Origin: Phoronis australis
Taxonomy: Eukaryota > Animalia > Phoronida
DNA: 64,000 bases
Assembly (NCBI GenBank): GCA_002633005.1
Contig: NMRA01000009.1
Coordinates: forward strand, 579,456 to 643,455
Reading direction: 5' to 3'
The notes beneath the pieces were generated by a model. The model was not told the DNA's origin. It did no database searches and saw only the letters and a list, made by a program, of their open reading frames with translations. Positions 1-14,275 of the stretch are shown piece by piece (the first letter of the stretch is position 1; every line of letters starts with the position of its first letter). The position numbers and the translations under genes were made by a program.

Positions 1-2417
1 GTCGCACACGCTTCCCCAGAAACAAACCAAGGGTTACATGTCAGAATAAATATCGATTAAGTAATTAGTACGAATGGATCCATTTTAAATTGCCCAGAAT
101 TTGTGCATATGTACTTTTAAATCATGGTGTGAAACTTGTTGACATGTATTTTAACGTCAAAATCTATTTTTAGATGGTGTTTACTACTTTGGGTCTGGGG
201 TCAAAGCACTCTTGATTCCAGAAATTTCTGAGGGCAAATCGTAACAACCATTGATATGATTGGATAAGATCATGTGGTTTTTATTATCCAATCACTAAAT
301 AAGTAGAATGTTATATTATGGGCTGAAATTAACAGGATATTCAGATGAGCTATAGTAGTTGAAGCTAAAAGACTTGCTACAGTGTACAATAGAGCCATCG
401 CATGGAAGATTCCAAAGAGGATCTTGGCAAGGGCACGAGTAAACGAACAGGAAGTTAACTAAGAGCTTGTCACTTGCATCGTGGGTACTAAGATACTGCC
501 TATACGTGTTGCGTAACGAGGGACCGTGACCAGCGAGAAGAATCGTAGGTGGAAGATACTGCCTGCAAGTGTTGCGTCCCGAGAGGCTGTGACCAGCAAG
601 TACACTGTTGTAATACAGTGTATGTAGTTCGAAGATTCACCAACAAGACTATCATCCAACAAGTGGAGAGTCCTACAGCTTGGATAGCAGATAAGACATT
701 TGATTATTTTGGTTGATTGATTGATGTAAGCTCTACAAAAGGCGCTAGCATAGTTACTCTTCTTTGTGGTTGATTACTTAAATTAATAACAGGTTTCACT
801 TGTTTAATTAGTGGTTTTCATATAATAAATTAATTAATGGATTTAATCATTCTCTTTCCATTTCCACACAACCTCAAAGCATAGCTGCCTTTTATACAAA
901 CCCACAGTCAATTTTTGACACATATACTGCAGTCACGTCGTCTGTGTTTGGTTTGCGAACAGTGAAGACGTTGAGCACCAATGGATATTGCGAATAATCA
1001 GTCAAGTTGGGTTACACGACAAACATATATAAAAATATTTCCTATCACAAATTTTGGTAAGTCGATTGTGTTCAGAGTCAGTAACATGGCTGTTTATGTT
1101 TTTGAGGATATTGTGTGAATTTCTTGTCAGCAATAACAATCACAAATCTACACGGCTGTTCAAATGGTCTAAAACCGCAAATTGAAACATTGTCGGCAGA
1201 CGACTGTATAAATTCTAAGATTTCGGACACTGTCAATTTTGTTGTCTTTCTCATATTTCTCGAATTTCGGACGGCCAATATTGCCTATTTCTAAAATTTC
1301 AGACAGGTTCAAACTAAAATTTTATTTTTTCGCTGTCCTAAATTTGTGAATTTTTACCGTATGCTTGGAATGGTAGTTTTAGTGGGGTCTCACTGAAAGG
1401 GTCACCAGTTTGAAAACCCAGTGTTTCTGACTGGTGATGTATTATCTATAGTGTCGTTCACACTGCAATTGAACCTGGAACGAGTTGTTGTTAGGTTAAG
1501 TAGCAGTGTGAACGCTATTTGTGTTTGGGCAACGTGACACACATGTACTCCACCTTGTCGAGGTTGGCTAACTTGTTAGAATAACTTTGCCTGGTGCAAG
1601 TCATAGTGTGAACACACTATAACTTGCCCTGGTACAAGTCATAGTGTGGACACACACCTGCAGACAAGGCGGAAGTGGCTCCAGCTGTACACATTCCCAG
1701 TTCCACACATCTTGTGCGATATTTGCCTCTAGGTGTTGAGTGTGTAGTGTGAACGCTCAGTTAGAAAGGGCAAATTATTCTAGGGTAATTCGTAGTGTGG
1801 CCATGACTTAGGAGAAATGACCACACACACAGGTGGTTATTTGTGTTAATTTTTATGATTTTTATACAATCTCCAGAAGGTTTTACCTGTGCTCAGTATG
1901 GATTTTGGTGAAAACAAATTGTACCTTTTTAAAAGTAGTATATAATTTAAAAAAATCATTTAATGTTGTTTTATTTCTATAAAGTATAACTCTGTTTATT
2001 TGAGTTGGTTGAGATTAGATAGGAAATATAATGCCAACTTAAGACTTTTTGCGTTGAAGTTGTGTCATCACTAAGACAATTTGCAATGAGTATTGTTCTC
2101 ATCAAGTGAGAATTATAACACTGTATGATATAAAAGTTGTTAGAGGTAACTTCACTTGCATTTGACCATAAAGTCATGATGACAATGTATAGGTGCAAAG
2201 TATTCTTTGTGCTTTATTTGTTGCACTAATGGATTAATGTGTTATTGCTGATTGGGTTATTGTCTGTAATATTCTTGTTCACACCTGTCTACCTAAAGGT
2301 TATGTAGGACCTGGAAAATGTTCAAATTTGTCCAACTTCAGAACATCATATCTCAGAAACGGCTGATTAGATTTACATGAAACTTTCAGATATTGTGCTG
2401 TTAGGAGTTGTTTTGAA

Positions 2418-2575
2418 ATGAGGTGCTATCACATGAGGTGCTATCACATGAGGGGCCATCACATGAGGTGCTATCACATGAGGGGCCATCACATGAGGGG
2501 CCATCACATGAGGGGCCATCACATGAGGGGCCATCACATGAGGGGCCATCACATGAGGGGCCATCACATGAGGGG
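2418..2575. repeat. Minisatellite, 15-bp unit, ~10 copies
   Basis: (atgaggggccatcac)n with variant atgaggtgctatcac. Confidence 0.95.
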
Positions 2576-3057
2576 TTTTTAAAACAAAGTGGCCTAAACA
2601 AAAATGAAATTACATTTTTGAAAACTGTAACCATGTTTTTGATATCCCACTTTGAACATTTATATCAACTAACCATGTTACTGAGATCTCGCGTTGAACA
2701 TTTATAGCAACTAACCATGTTATTGATACGTTTGTGACGCTAGCCTTGTATCTGTCAGGTTTTACTAAATTTTACTGAAGACATGGTCACATGACAAAAT
2801 TTATAATAAATTGGTCAAAAGTCAAATTTTATAGGCTTTCAACTTTCTGAAAATATATACTTTTGCTGAGTCAAAATCTATAGTTTTGTAGATATTTGGT
2901 TAAATATGCGCAGCAGCCCAATCTATAAGATCCTACATAACCTTAACAGTTTCCTAAGTTTTTAGAGCCTGTAACTTGATGTCTGTCATGTCAGCTGGGC
3001 GCCAGGCAGAGCATACAGCATACAGCACATCTACTAATGTTGTGATGATTTTTACAG

Positions 3058-3203
3058 CATGTTCCTCAGGTGTGTATCTTACCCCTGGGTACAGGTAATG
3101 ACCTGGCACGGGTGCTGGGGTGGGGGCCTGGATATAGTGGTGACTTTGATGTGTCACAAATTCTACCGCAGATCACAGCCTCTACAGTTGCCAAATTAGA
3201 CAG
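3058..3203 (+). CDS. DGKE: Diacylglycerol kinase epsilon-like, internal exon (catalytic domain); earlier exons lie upstream of the window
   Basis: Acceptor tttacag|, donor |gtaacg. Translates [48 protein letters not shown](R). [13 protein letters not shown] is the DAG kinase signature. 146 nt, ends in phase 2. Confidence 0.93.
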
Positions 3204-3402
3204 GTAACGTAGACTTCTCTGTCTTTCAGTCTCAGTTATAAAAAGTTTGTATCTTTTTTGATTGTTGTGAGTATCATACAGGGAAGAACTAGCCCTAAAT
3301 TAATAACTTTTTACCCTGTTCTGGTGCTAGATTAAAAATCCCTTGATCTCCTGTTTAAACACTACCTGGAAGATTATTCACTTGTTGTTTGTGTATTGTT
3401 AA

Positions 3403-6064
3403 AGGAGAATGCCCCCCAAAAAACAACCCATTTTGTATCAGTTTAGATCGAGTAGCTCCACTCGATAACAGCAAGTTAGTTGTTTTACCTGACACTAATG
3501 GCAGACAGAAGTGTTGAAATTAATGTAATCGGTGCGAACACAGTCTGTTCAGCCATTCACAACACGCTTACTGGTGTCAAGTTATCGCTTGAATTCATCG
3601 TTTTACACCAATAAATCAAAATTCGATGTAAACCCCTTACAAATACATCGAGTTCTTGAACAAACGTGTTGTTTTATTTCACTGTTACGGATTTACAGGT
3701 ACGTACTAGGCTACAGAGTTCGGTAGCCAAGGCCGATTTACCATGGTCGATTACAGGAGTTTGGTTATGTTTGGTGATAAGTTCGAATTATTCTTCCGTG
3801 AAATACAGACGGGGGAACATAGCTGTGTGTTGTACTTTTAGACTTGCGATTTTTTCAGTTGTTACTCCCTGCCAGTGGTTCGGAACCCAATCAGGCCCGT
3901 CGCCATGTGGAGAATTTCTGGTTTATACTGGTCACCCCTCCAGATTCCCTTAGCCCCAGACAACTTTTACGATGCCTATTCAGCACGCCCTTTGTATTGA
4001 TGTAGATCTGAGCTAACGAAGTGGAAAAGTAATAGCTAGCATTACTGTCTCAACAATGGTTGTTGTTAGTACCCCCAATTTGGTTATCTCTGACATTTGC
4101 AGAGTTACAGCATGCAACTCTGGAGTGTAGTTTTAACTTGGTACATTATAAATATTACAAAATGATTAAAAAGGTTAACTTATGTTCATCTTCACAAAGG
4201 GCCACTTCCCAAAGGAACGATATGTTTCATATTGGTTTTCGTTATTTAATTTTTAATGCTTCGGCCCACTTGTTTTTTTTTCTTACCGGGAATGGGTTGA
4301 TAACTTTTTATCTAAGTTTTAAACTTGAAGAACCAAAACAGTGGTAGATTTTGATCGCCAGCGAAACTTAATTAGTTAAGTTCATTGTGAGCCCATCCCT
4401 GAACTTGCCACATCACAGGTAGGCCTACACTAAACATTTCATGTGTCATTAAAGTTTAATCTTTATTAGAACTCAAATCTTAAAATATATACAAAAGTGC
4501 AAATATGGTGATAACCAGAACTGAAGATTTGGACAATTTCAGTGGCACTGACTACATAACTATTTTAGCTTTTTGTCAATAATAAAAATTGAAAAGTGGG
4601 CACAAGTTCAGTACAAGTGTTTCCTGGTCAAAAATCTGATTAAATGAGTTTGAAAGAATATTAAAAATGAATCCATGTTAACTCTGATCAGCGTTTGTAT
4701 ATCCACCGAGTATATCTAATAGACGCGGTAGTTTATCTTCAATCGTACCCAATGGTTGTAGTTTTTAGATTATTAGTTCATCCATTTTTAAAAATGGAAA
4801 AGCGTACTTGGTTGTTTTGTCCAGCTGAGTACCGCCGTGGTGTTTGTTTTTAACGAAAATTAGTGGTTAATGCATTTTTAAAATTCACTATTATGTAGTC
4901 AGAGATGTTTAATACAGTTTATGGTCCGGTAATTACACTTAATTGGGTTTTGCTCGTACCGGGCAATGCGGTCATCACAACTGTACCTGACTCCGGCGCC
5001 GCGCTCTCTTTGATCCTGGTAAAACCCGCTCAGAAGGACGAGCGGTGAAAATTCCTGCATATCTTTAGAAATGCGTGACTTCCTTGTAAAGGTATTATTC
5101 GCGGTATGGCGGCCACCTGAGGACTCGGGACTTCATGAACATAAACCAGCTCAAGTTGGAAACTAAACCTCCAGTCATGAAAAGACTATAATAATGAGCC
5201 AAAGAAATAATGTGCATGTTATTATTTATGTGAATTAGCCACGAAACTGAAAATCTACTTACTTGTCGGGGGTCGCGAAGTCGGGTTCCCCTTCCACAGA
5301 CCGTCAGGGATAAGGTTGTACAGTAACAATGATTTGAATAATGTAACTATTTGTATTTCTAAGTAAAGATTCCCCTAAGATGTGACCAGAGCATATAATA
5401 TCGAGTTATTGTTTCACGACAGCTTTCTGTCAGCAAACACTGAATTAGCATGTGCTCTCACGGCCTCGGTCGGCCCGGTCAATTACCTTTATTGCATCTA
5501 AAGCTGGTAACGCAGTGGTTTATTCATTGCTGGCTTCATCTGACGAAGATTTCACGGGTCAGATCGTTAGGTTTCACAGGCTACCAGTTCAAACCGAAAT
5601 ACACTGATCAAGAAATACTGGAGAAGCGCCGTGAACATGCATAGGCAACGGAACGTATGAATAGTTCTTTGGTAAGCCGGAATTCGTCAGAGAAATCACT
5701 GTCCATGAAATGCCGGCCACAGACATGGAGATGTTTCACGGCCTCATATTTGCTATTAACAGCATACTTTTCATTCTTCACCACCGCGAGCCACTTAAGC
5801 ATTTTGGGCTCTCTGGGAAGTCAAAAAAACAATATGCCCACTTTCTTCGCAGCATCATAGTTCGGACAAGCGGGAACGATGCACCGCAATATAGAGACAT
5901 TCACTCTTCAGATGAACCACTGACGTTGCTGCATCGTTTCTCACCTTCCTCACAGGTTAATACGACACCTCTCTGCTAGGTGAGGTCGACCGTATGAGAC
6001 GCAATGTGGATATAGACTGATTAAGACTGTAAAAAAGACTAATTAAATCGGGTGGCATTCTCCT
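3403..6064 (-). mobile_element. Non-autonomous or decayed Kolobok-like DNA transposon with THAP remnant
   Basis: TIR AGGAGAATGCC (3403-3413) / GGCATTCTCCT (6054-6064), both flanked by TTAA (3399-3402, 6065-6068). TTAA target plus purine-purine termini plus THAP fits Kolobok rather than piggyBac (CC termini). Confidence 0.75.
5608..5890 (-). pseudogene. Frameshifted THAP (C2CH zinc finger) domain remnant
   Basis: Across frameshifts it reads RCIVPACPNYDAAKKVGILFF/DFPESPK/MLKWLAVVKNEKYAVNSKYEAVKHLHVCGRHFMDSDF, giving the THAP hallmarks C-x4-C, FP, W and VCxxHF. Confidence 0.8.
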
Positions 6065-6179
6065 TTAATGCTATTGTAATCACCTATATAATGCAATCTG
6101 ATCAAGGTAAATCCAGGCATTGTAATTATGTTAATTTTGTTATGATATTCTTGTTAATTTCTGGTTGAGTTTTAATGCT

Positions 6180-6496
6180 TTATTACTTGTATATCAACAC
6201 AACATATAGCGGACAGTGTGATACACGTTGCACTAGACATGCTCAGGATTACTTGTATATCAACACAACATATTGCAGACAGTGTGATACACGTTGCACC
6301 AGACATGCGCAGGACACTCGTATGGCCTTATTGCTCTCATCTCCGAACCTTTTTTATGCTTTATTGATTTATAGTGAAAACCTAGCTGAGGAGTTAGAGA
6401 CCTCCCTCAAGGGTCTAGCAGTGTGGCCCAGTCAGACTTGAACCCACCACCTTAAAGGAAGCGACCACTTATCCCACTAGGCCACACTGCCTCCTC
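6180..6496 (-). mobile_element. tRNA-derived SINE, with a 66-bp tandem duplication of its 3' end (6183-6312)
   Basis: The - strand reads gaggaggcagtgTGGCCTAGTGG...GGTTCAAGTC (Pol III A and B boxes). The body is homologous to the copy at 14971. Confidence 0.7.
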
Positions 6497-7865
6497 CTTA
6501 GAGGTTTACTCAAAGACAAGTGCTTTTTAACATAATTGCTTTGAACTTGTATTTGATTGCTATGTCAGTGGTGGGTACATTTAGATGTCACTGCAGTGTG
6601 AAATCCGTGGAATTCAAGTAAACTTAATCTATTGTAAGAGTGATGTCTTGTCTATTGTAAGGGTGATATATCGTCCTCACTGCTCTGAAATGAGTAGGTT
6701 AGTTCTTAAAATTTCACCATCACTGCTCTGAGATGAACATGTTAGTTGTTAAAATATTTGATTTTTTCACTATTCATTGTCAGGGCCTGCTCATTTCTGT
6801 TTCCACAAAGATACCTTGTAAGTTGCAACAAAAATTCTTATGAAATAAAAATATTTTAGTCCTGCACATATTGGTCACGCAAAGGGAAACCAAACTTGAT
6901 TTGAATTTTCACCTTATACAATTACAAGATTTAATGGTGATTCTGATCAACATTTATATGGCGCCCTCTTTGTGAATTTGACTGTACTATTTCTCATTGA
7001 ATTAATGCCACTAGGTGGGGTGGTCTAATGTAGTCTACCTTCAGTAGATAATCTATAATGATGTGATTGTTAGATATTCCTACCATCCGTAAAGTTATTT
7101 CATTGAAGCTTGCTAACGATAAAACTATGAAATATCTTATTGTGTACAGTGAAACACTATTCATTGTTATGCAGCCTCATATTTATATGTGGGTGCATGT
7201 TGTTGTCATTTCCTTCTAGGCATCTGGCATTCACTGCTGTATCTCCTAAACCCCTTGTAGGATCTTACTGAAGTTTGTCGGGTGTGTTCATGTGTGATTG
7301 ACAACAGATGACGAGGAGTTTTGTACGGATCATTATGAAACTTGACAGTTGTGTTCGTGATGCGAATACCTGGCTGACATTGATGTTTCGACTATTCTGG
7401 CACCCTGTAGGTGGCACCCTCTAGGGGCAATATTGCTTTTTTGCATCTATGACTGTATCTTCTTAACACTTTGAAGGATCTTTGCGAAATTTGGTATCTG
7501 GGCTCCTATAGACATGATAACAGATGACAATAATTTTCAACCAATCAGATTATTGCTGTACCCCTAGTGTTAATTGTTACATTCACCTTGAAATCTTACT
7601 GGCTTATTTTCATGAAATTTAGTAAACAGTTGACCTTGTGTTACGAAGACGGCACCTCCTTCTCAATTCGGACGGGTTTGATGCATTTTTCGCGAACTTA
7701 TGGCCATTTTTGTTATACGAAAAACACCATAGAAGTACACCATTTGTGGTGCTGTAATGGGCGGACTTCAACGCTGTGCATTGCTCTTGTTGTGTATATT
7801 TCTCAACTTCATGTCGGCTATCTTGTGACTTGCTGCCTTACAAACAGTGCATTGTTTACCCACAG

Positions 7866-8034
7866 ATGGATGATTGAAGTAACTCCTGTTAGACATTTTG
7901 GCATACGACTTCCAAAGACCACAAAGATCATGAGCAACTATGCATCTATTGGAGTTGATGCTCATGTTGTCCACAGTTTCCACAAGCACCGCGAGAGCCG
8001 GCCCTACCTGTTTGGCAACAGACTCTTGAACAAG
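7866..8034 (+). CDS. DGKE: DGKE-like exon (start of accessory domain)
   Basis: cacag|..|gtagat. (R)WMIEVTPVRHFGIRLPKTTKIMSNYASIGVDAHVVHSFHKHRESRPYLFGNRLLNK. The MxNYxSIGxDA..FHxxRE..LF..R.LNK motif is present and the phase matches the previous exon. Confidence 0.93.
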
Positions 8035-10249
8035 GTAGATAGCATTTCACTCAATAGATGTCTCTGTGCCTTTGCCTGTCCTGTTTTGAACTTGTGTTCA
8101 AGTTATTATTATGGATACAATAAATAATGTTGACATCTCGGATTCTGACAGGCTTAAATGTAATGAGTAAAGCTATTAAATACCCATTGAAATGTATTTA
8201 ATAAAAATGAAAAGTTGATACATTGTGGGCAGAGTGTAGATTTTGATTTTTTTCATGTTGCTTAGTGTTCAGTTTATATATCTTGCATCCACATAGTGCT
8301 GAACCATGTGTTTTTCAATGCTTTTCTTATGTGTAAGTTGAATTAGATTGTGATCATGGTTTGGAAACTTCAGTTTCATGATGTTCACCTCTCTGTCTGT
8401 GAAACCACTTCAAGGCTCATGAAACTTAACAGTTGTGTTCCAGTTGAGGATTGGTTGGCTAACATTGATTTTTGGACAAATGCTGTTACTGCTGTGTCCC
8501 TCTCCCTACTGGCTTTATGTATTCTATCTAGTTCCTTGATCAATCATGAAATTTGGCAAGTGTGTTTCTAAACACAGGGAGGACGGCACATGTACATATT
8601 TGGACAGTTACTTCCTGTATTGTGTCTCCTAATGACACTTTTAGTTATGTCATCCTGTTTTTGTCTGCTGATGTACAAAATATCTTTGAAAGATTGTCAT
8701 GAAATTGACGGTGTGTTTGTTTTGAGGAATGTGGGACTTGCATTGTTTTCTGGATAGATTTTACTATTGTTTGGCCCCCTAGTGGCCATGTTAAGCTTAA
8801 TGATCGTCTTTATATATTTTCTGTTTACGATGCACACTGTAGGTGCTGTTATGAGTGTTTGTTATGTAGAAGTTGGCCTTTTATGTCACTATTTTATACT
8901 GACATGTGCTCATGTCTGTTTCAAACTGTGAAAACTGTGTCATCACTGTGATAAGACATGAGAACACACTGGATACAAAGTGTTTGCTGCATTTCTCATT
9001 CTGTCTTTAGTGACTAGACAGGCATTGTGATGGTGGCCAATAAACTTGCTATAGCCAGGAGGCATTTAATTACTACCTTCTTCATTGTCATTGATTGGGT
9101 TATGATGGAACATAAAAATTCCTGTCTGATTTAAAACCCTTTGATGAGAGCTGTTTGCCAGGGCTGGTCTCAAGAGTCATGCTGGGACAAGTCCAATTAG
9201 GAGAACCTATAAGTTATTGGTTATAGGAAGAAACAGTTTTAACTGAGTTGGATTAGATTTCTATTTCTCTATTTATGACTAGAAATAAAATGATAAAAAT
9301 TTTAATTGGTTTCTTCATGCCTGCCTGCAACTGAGATTTGTTTTGAATTTTATTTTGTCAAAAGTCAAAATTGGAGCTGATAGTGTTTTCTGTTACTTGC
9401 TGAAATGTGTTTACTGCAAGATTGTGAGGTAATTTGTAATTACTGAACTAGAGCCCCAGTTGAGGATGATGTCAAACTGTTTACAGCCCTTTTTTCTTGC
9501 TTTTCTTCAACAGAGTTGTCCCCTGTCTGTACAATGAGCTTATTTTCGTCTGATTTTACCAAGCATTAGACACAGTTCTAATGCCAGTCTACCAAGATGT
9601 ACCTAGATTGCCAAAGACTTTTTAGCAGACATTTACACGCCTAATTGGCCATTTAGTTATTATCAAACTGACTAACAGTTTCACTCAGTCTCCTTTTACC
9701 TTGACATGGTACAATCAACCTTAATAGCCCCCACTGTGGTCCCAGTCATATCTGTCACAGTGGAGACTCTCAGAAGTGTGTATTGTACACTTGCAGTCAT
9801 TTTGGGTTAACACATTTCAATGGTGATTCTTACCCTGCTGTGCAGGCCATCCATCCCTCTGCTCTTTTCTTCAAGCCAGTTGCTTTTGGTGTGTTGATTG
9901 TGATCCTTATGTTGGGCAGAGTTGCTGCTATCCTATCTCTTGTACAATCAGCTGCTCTTTTTCATTGAGTAATCAGGGAATTAAGAATATGTCCAAGTGC
10001 AGTGTTCAGAATCTGCTGTCATATCTCGGGCTTGTTTATTGTTTGCGAATTATACTTTGGTTACAGTGACTGTCTCTTTTTTGGTTCGAATCACATCACT
10101 GCAAAACCAGTTAGGCTTACAAGTCGTGCAATCATACTTAGGTTTACTTGGTTTATTTACGTATCCAAATGACAAAGACATTGTTTTTTATTATTTCTTT
10201 AAAATAAAAATCATGTAGTGATATGCATAGCACCAGGTCATGTCTATAT

Positions 10250-10352
10250 GATATATGGTACGAGTGACCTGATTAAACGCTATATCATATATGGTACGAG
10301 TGACGTGACTAAACGCTATATCATATATGGTACGAGTGACGGGACTAAATGC
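10250..10352. repeat. Short tandem repeat, ~36-bp unit, ~3 copies
   Basis: atatatggtacgagtgacgtgactaaacgctatatc repeated. Confidence 0.85.
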
Positions 10353-12726
10353 TGTCTTTCTGGCACACCATGACTATGACACATAACTTTAAAATGCATC
10401 GTCTACAGATATTTGCAAAGATATCATGGAAAATATGGTGTTGATATGAGCTACAGTTGCAAATATTACTTCAGGTGGCAGTGTTTTAATTTTTTTGCCG
10501 ATTCCATAAAAGGCTTTCGTGCTGCTACCATTTTGTCACTGGTGAATGGCTTCACTTGTATTTGTTACGTCAGCTTGAGAAATTGATGTTCTCGATTAGA
10601 TCGTTCAGTTGTAATGTAGGTGGAATAATGTGGTCAGCCAGTACAGACCTGGTAAGTCTTCTCTACGCTGTGTATTCAGCCTTGTTCATAAACCAACTGG
10701 CTCCTCACTCTCTTAGTATAGAACACAGTTTTGACTTCTGTTAGTTGACACAACAATGGCGAAGAGCTCAACTTTTTCTATTTCATGAATATTTATTATA
10801 TATTTCACTACTTCTACGGGTTGATGCCTGCGATGATTAAATTCGGAAACACAAGAATTGGAGGTGGACATGATCAGCATGGATGTTTAAAAGAAGACCT
10901 ATGTGTCTTTGTTCTTTTTTTAATTGTTTTCTCTTCTTAAGTTATGTTCAGACCACCTAAACACAATCTATAGCTGTAACTATGACTATTCACACCGATG
11001 GTTGTAGTGGTTTTAGTTGCTAGTCATCAGTGATATTGCTTTCAGATTCATTCTAGTTTGTGCGTTGACAGGAGCGCCACCTACAGAGTTGTAATTTTTA
11101 CAACTGCTGTGCTCACATAGAGTTACAACGGTTAGAACTTTCACTAAACTACCGTCGCAGAGGGTTACAACTGGTTTTAACCTTTAAATCGGTTTTAAAA
11201 ACTAGAACTGCTTTGGTGTGAATAGGCATATGAAAATTGTGAACAATTTCATTAAAGTTACTTGAATATAAATAACAAACATTCTTATTGAAAACTGTAT
11301 CCAGGACTACTGCTTGCTGCATCACAGCACTATGAAACAGCAGACAGAGTAATTGCATTAGTGTCATAATCGCTCATTACTTTGTCCCTAGACAGGTTGT
11401 ATTTCACAGGTGGTCAGTTTATGCTGGCAGTAATTGGCTAAATAAAAGACTAATTAGATTAGGATAACAGAAAGTAATTAAATTCTAGTCATAATTAAAA
11501 CATTATAATCTTTTGGATGCTTGTTTCCTGTGAAATGCCAGGGATTGGAACACTCCTGCCAGACAAATCTGTTGTGTAGATCTGAGTTAGTTGATTGACA
11601 TGGCTTTGAACAATGTGGCAGACAGAGCTGTTGTATAAGATGTTGAAGAGATCCAAGGTAGTTGATACCTTCATTACTCCACTGTTTACAAAATGTACAA
11701 TTCTGGCTTCCCTTCTGACTCATGTGTTTACAAACACATGTGGCCTGGACAAGGTTTATGTAGCCATAAAGATCTGAACATAACCTCATCAGACTGTTCA
11801 AAGTTCAAAGGAGTCTTTAGCTAGGATGTCAAAGCAAAGCGCATAAACATACCCCAACACCACTGGGTGTTCAGCAGGGTCAGGAGGGTGGTTGTACCTG
11901 GGTCAGGAGGGTGGTTGTACCTGGGGCAGGAGGATGGGTGTACTTGGGCCAGGGGTGTGGTGTGCTCGACTATATTTTTCATGGGAGGAGCTGCAAAATT
12001 AGGATACCCTGTGCCTGTACCAGAGTGGGCTCCAAGATGGCCCCATGGCTTACATGAAGTAGTCACCTATTTGTATTTTTTCCAGAAACTCCACCCGTTT
12101 TAAGGGATAATTTCATGAACCTAACCCTTTGAGTTATTAACCTGTTAAGATTGAAACAATACATGAATAGATGCTGTCAAAATTGAATATATTTTTGCTA
12201 CCAAAGTTTTTAAAAATACCATGGATAATATTAAAAAGCCTTCAGTAGATTTATGTTGATGGAAAAAGGAGCCTTTAATGCAACTTCAAGCACATGAAGT
12301 GAACTCTTTTTGGAAAAAGCACCCTTTCTGAAAGAATTCTGCCGTAAAAAGCACCCATTCATATGTAAACTGATTGTGAAAAACATTCTTGTGAGCAGCC
12401 CAGTGCCCATATACCTCGTGTATTGTAGTGTTCAAAGTTATTCTGTGTTGTCTTAAGCTACTCTTTGTACTGGCTTCCATCTCAATTTGATATCCCAAAA
12501 TATTGAATTTTGTTATTCTGACTGCATTTCAAGGAAGTTGTTCTTTGCAGTTGAAGAGAAATTGTCAAACTACAAGAGTCAACCTGTTTCTGATCAGTTT
12601 GTGTCTAGATTTTCATTTGCTTGTGGGGCAAGTTGCACCAAAAGGTAACTTACTCTATGATCATTACTGTGATAAATCAAGTGATAATCATAGGTTCATT
12701 GAGGACAGTCATGTGTCCATAGGACC

Positions 12727-12864
12727 AGTGCTGTAGTAGGCGCAGCCAACCACCTTTAGGAATTTGAACGTAGCGTCTACGCAAAGTAAGTGTACGTTCA
12801 GTGCTCAAGGTAATAGGGTGGGCCTTGGGCGCCTACTTACCTCTTATTTTACTACTACAGCACT
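12727..12864. mobile_element. Small MITE-like element
   Basis: 13-bp perfect inverted ends agtgctgtagtag / ctactacagcact. Confidence 0.45.
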
Positions 12865-13591
12865 ACATAGGACTGTTTCTTCAGAAGTTTATGAAGGTTT
12901 GTGATGATGGAGCTTGCATATCAGACTGATATCACAGTCAGCTGTAGGCAATAAGCTTGGAGATGCTTTATTTATAAATAAACATCTTTGCTGTTAATGG
13001 ATTCTCTAGCTGTTGAGACTGTTTACACTTGTCTCATTTCTGAAAGATATGCTTGTTTATGGTAGAAATAATGGCCCCAGTAGACTGGTGATGTATTGTG
13101 TTTGTGTGTTGAGGTACTCTAGCTCTGAACTATTTCTAAAACACTTTATAATTAGGCTAACAATTTATCTGATAACTTTTTTAATTTCACTGGTGTATAT
13201 CAAGTGAACATTTTTAAAATTAATTTGTTCAGAGAACTTCCTGTATTTTCACAATGCTTATTTGAAATACAGACAATGTCTCTTTGTTTAATTGCTAACT
13301 TACTGGCTAGCCCAATGGGCTGGGTGTTTTGTTTTTCATGCATTGTATAGGTTGTTTAAATCTGTTTAATACAGGTAACAATAATAAAATCAAATTTATT
13401 AACCCATGTGCTTTGTGACTACACACTGTCAGTTATCTTTGTGTTTTATCTTTTCTACTCTGTTTTAAAACAAAAAATTTCATGTTTTTACAATCCTTTG
13501 TCATCTATAATAACTTGATCTTTATTTTAAACAAGAATTATTAGTCTTTGATAACAACGCAATTATACAGGTCTTTATTTTGTCTATTTAG

Positions 13592-13663
13592 TTCTGGTAC
13601 TTTACATATGGCACGAAAGATGTACTGGAGAGAGAATGTAAAGACCTTCATAAGCGAATCAAG
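13592..13663 (+). CDS. DGKE: DGKE-like exon
   Basis: tttag|..|gtatgg. FWYFTYGTKDVLERECKDLHKRIK. The YGTKD...ECKDL stretch is typical of the epsilon isoform. 72 nt, phase 0/0. Confidence 0.92.
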
Positions 13664-13900
13664 GTATGGTTCATAAGGTATATCTGTTCTATAAAGTGAG
13701 ACTTATTTTCTTACCTTGAATAGTTTGAAAAGAGACGTGTCTTTTGATGTGTGAAATGAAAAAATAGGTGCTTGACAACAGGGATAGTGTTGTAAGAGTA
13801 GGCACATTGTATGGAGGGAAATGTACGAAGGATAGCACATCTCACCTCCATGGCTTTTGTGTTATTGTTCAATTGCCTGGTAACTGCATTGCAACCCACT

Positions 13901-14275
13901 GCACAACTATCAACAGTGAAGGACTTGCAAAGCCCATGGCACAACTATCAACAGTGAAGGACTTGCAAAGCCCACGGCACAACTATCAATAGTGAAGGAC
14001 TTGCAAAGCCCACGGCACAAATATCAACAGTGAAGGACTTGCAAAGCCCACGGCACAACTATCAACAGTGAAGGACTTGCAAAGCCCACGGCACAACTAT
14101 CAACAGTGAAGGACTTGCAAAGCCCACGGCACAACTATCAACAGTGAAGGACTTGCAAAGCACACGGCACAACTATCAACAATGAAGGACTTGCAAAGCC
14201 CACGGCACAACTATCCACAGTGAAGGACTTGCAAAGCCCACGGCACAACTATCAACAGTGAAGGACTTGCAAAGC
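13901..14275. repeat. Minisatellite, 38-bp unit, ~10 copies
   Basis: (gcacaactatcaacagtgaaggacttgcaaagcccacg)n. Confidence 0.95.

Noticed and set aside
1449-1810. Cluster of agtgtgaac/ttcacact motifs, possibly an old MITE
   Set aside because: Termini are too degenerate to define boundaries or family without a search.
2373-2707. Repetitive ORFs (MAPHV, DGPSC, HEGPS)n; likewise 26076-26547, 28074-28464, 50206-50583 and 63492-63770
   Set aside because: These are translations of minisatellites.
6420-6496. tRNA-like A/B boxes as a tRNA gene
   Set aside because: No cloverleaf, and it continues into a body shared with the 14971 copy, so it is a SINE head.
7567-8127. 186-aa ORF as a standalone gene
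   Set aside because: Only 7866-8034 is coding (DGKE exon); the rest is open intronic frame.
13901-14275. CRISPR-sized (30-50 bp) repeat arrays here and at 27993, 29898, 49470 and 55451
   Set aside because: Units are head-to-tail with no unique spacers, there are no cas genes, and the context is eukaryotic intron.
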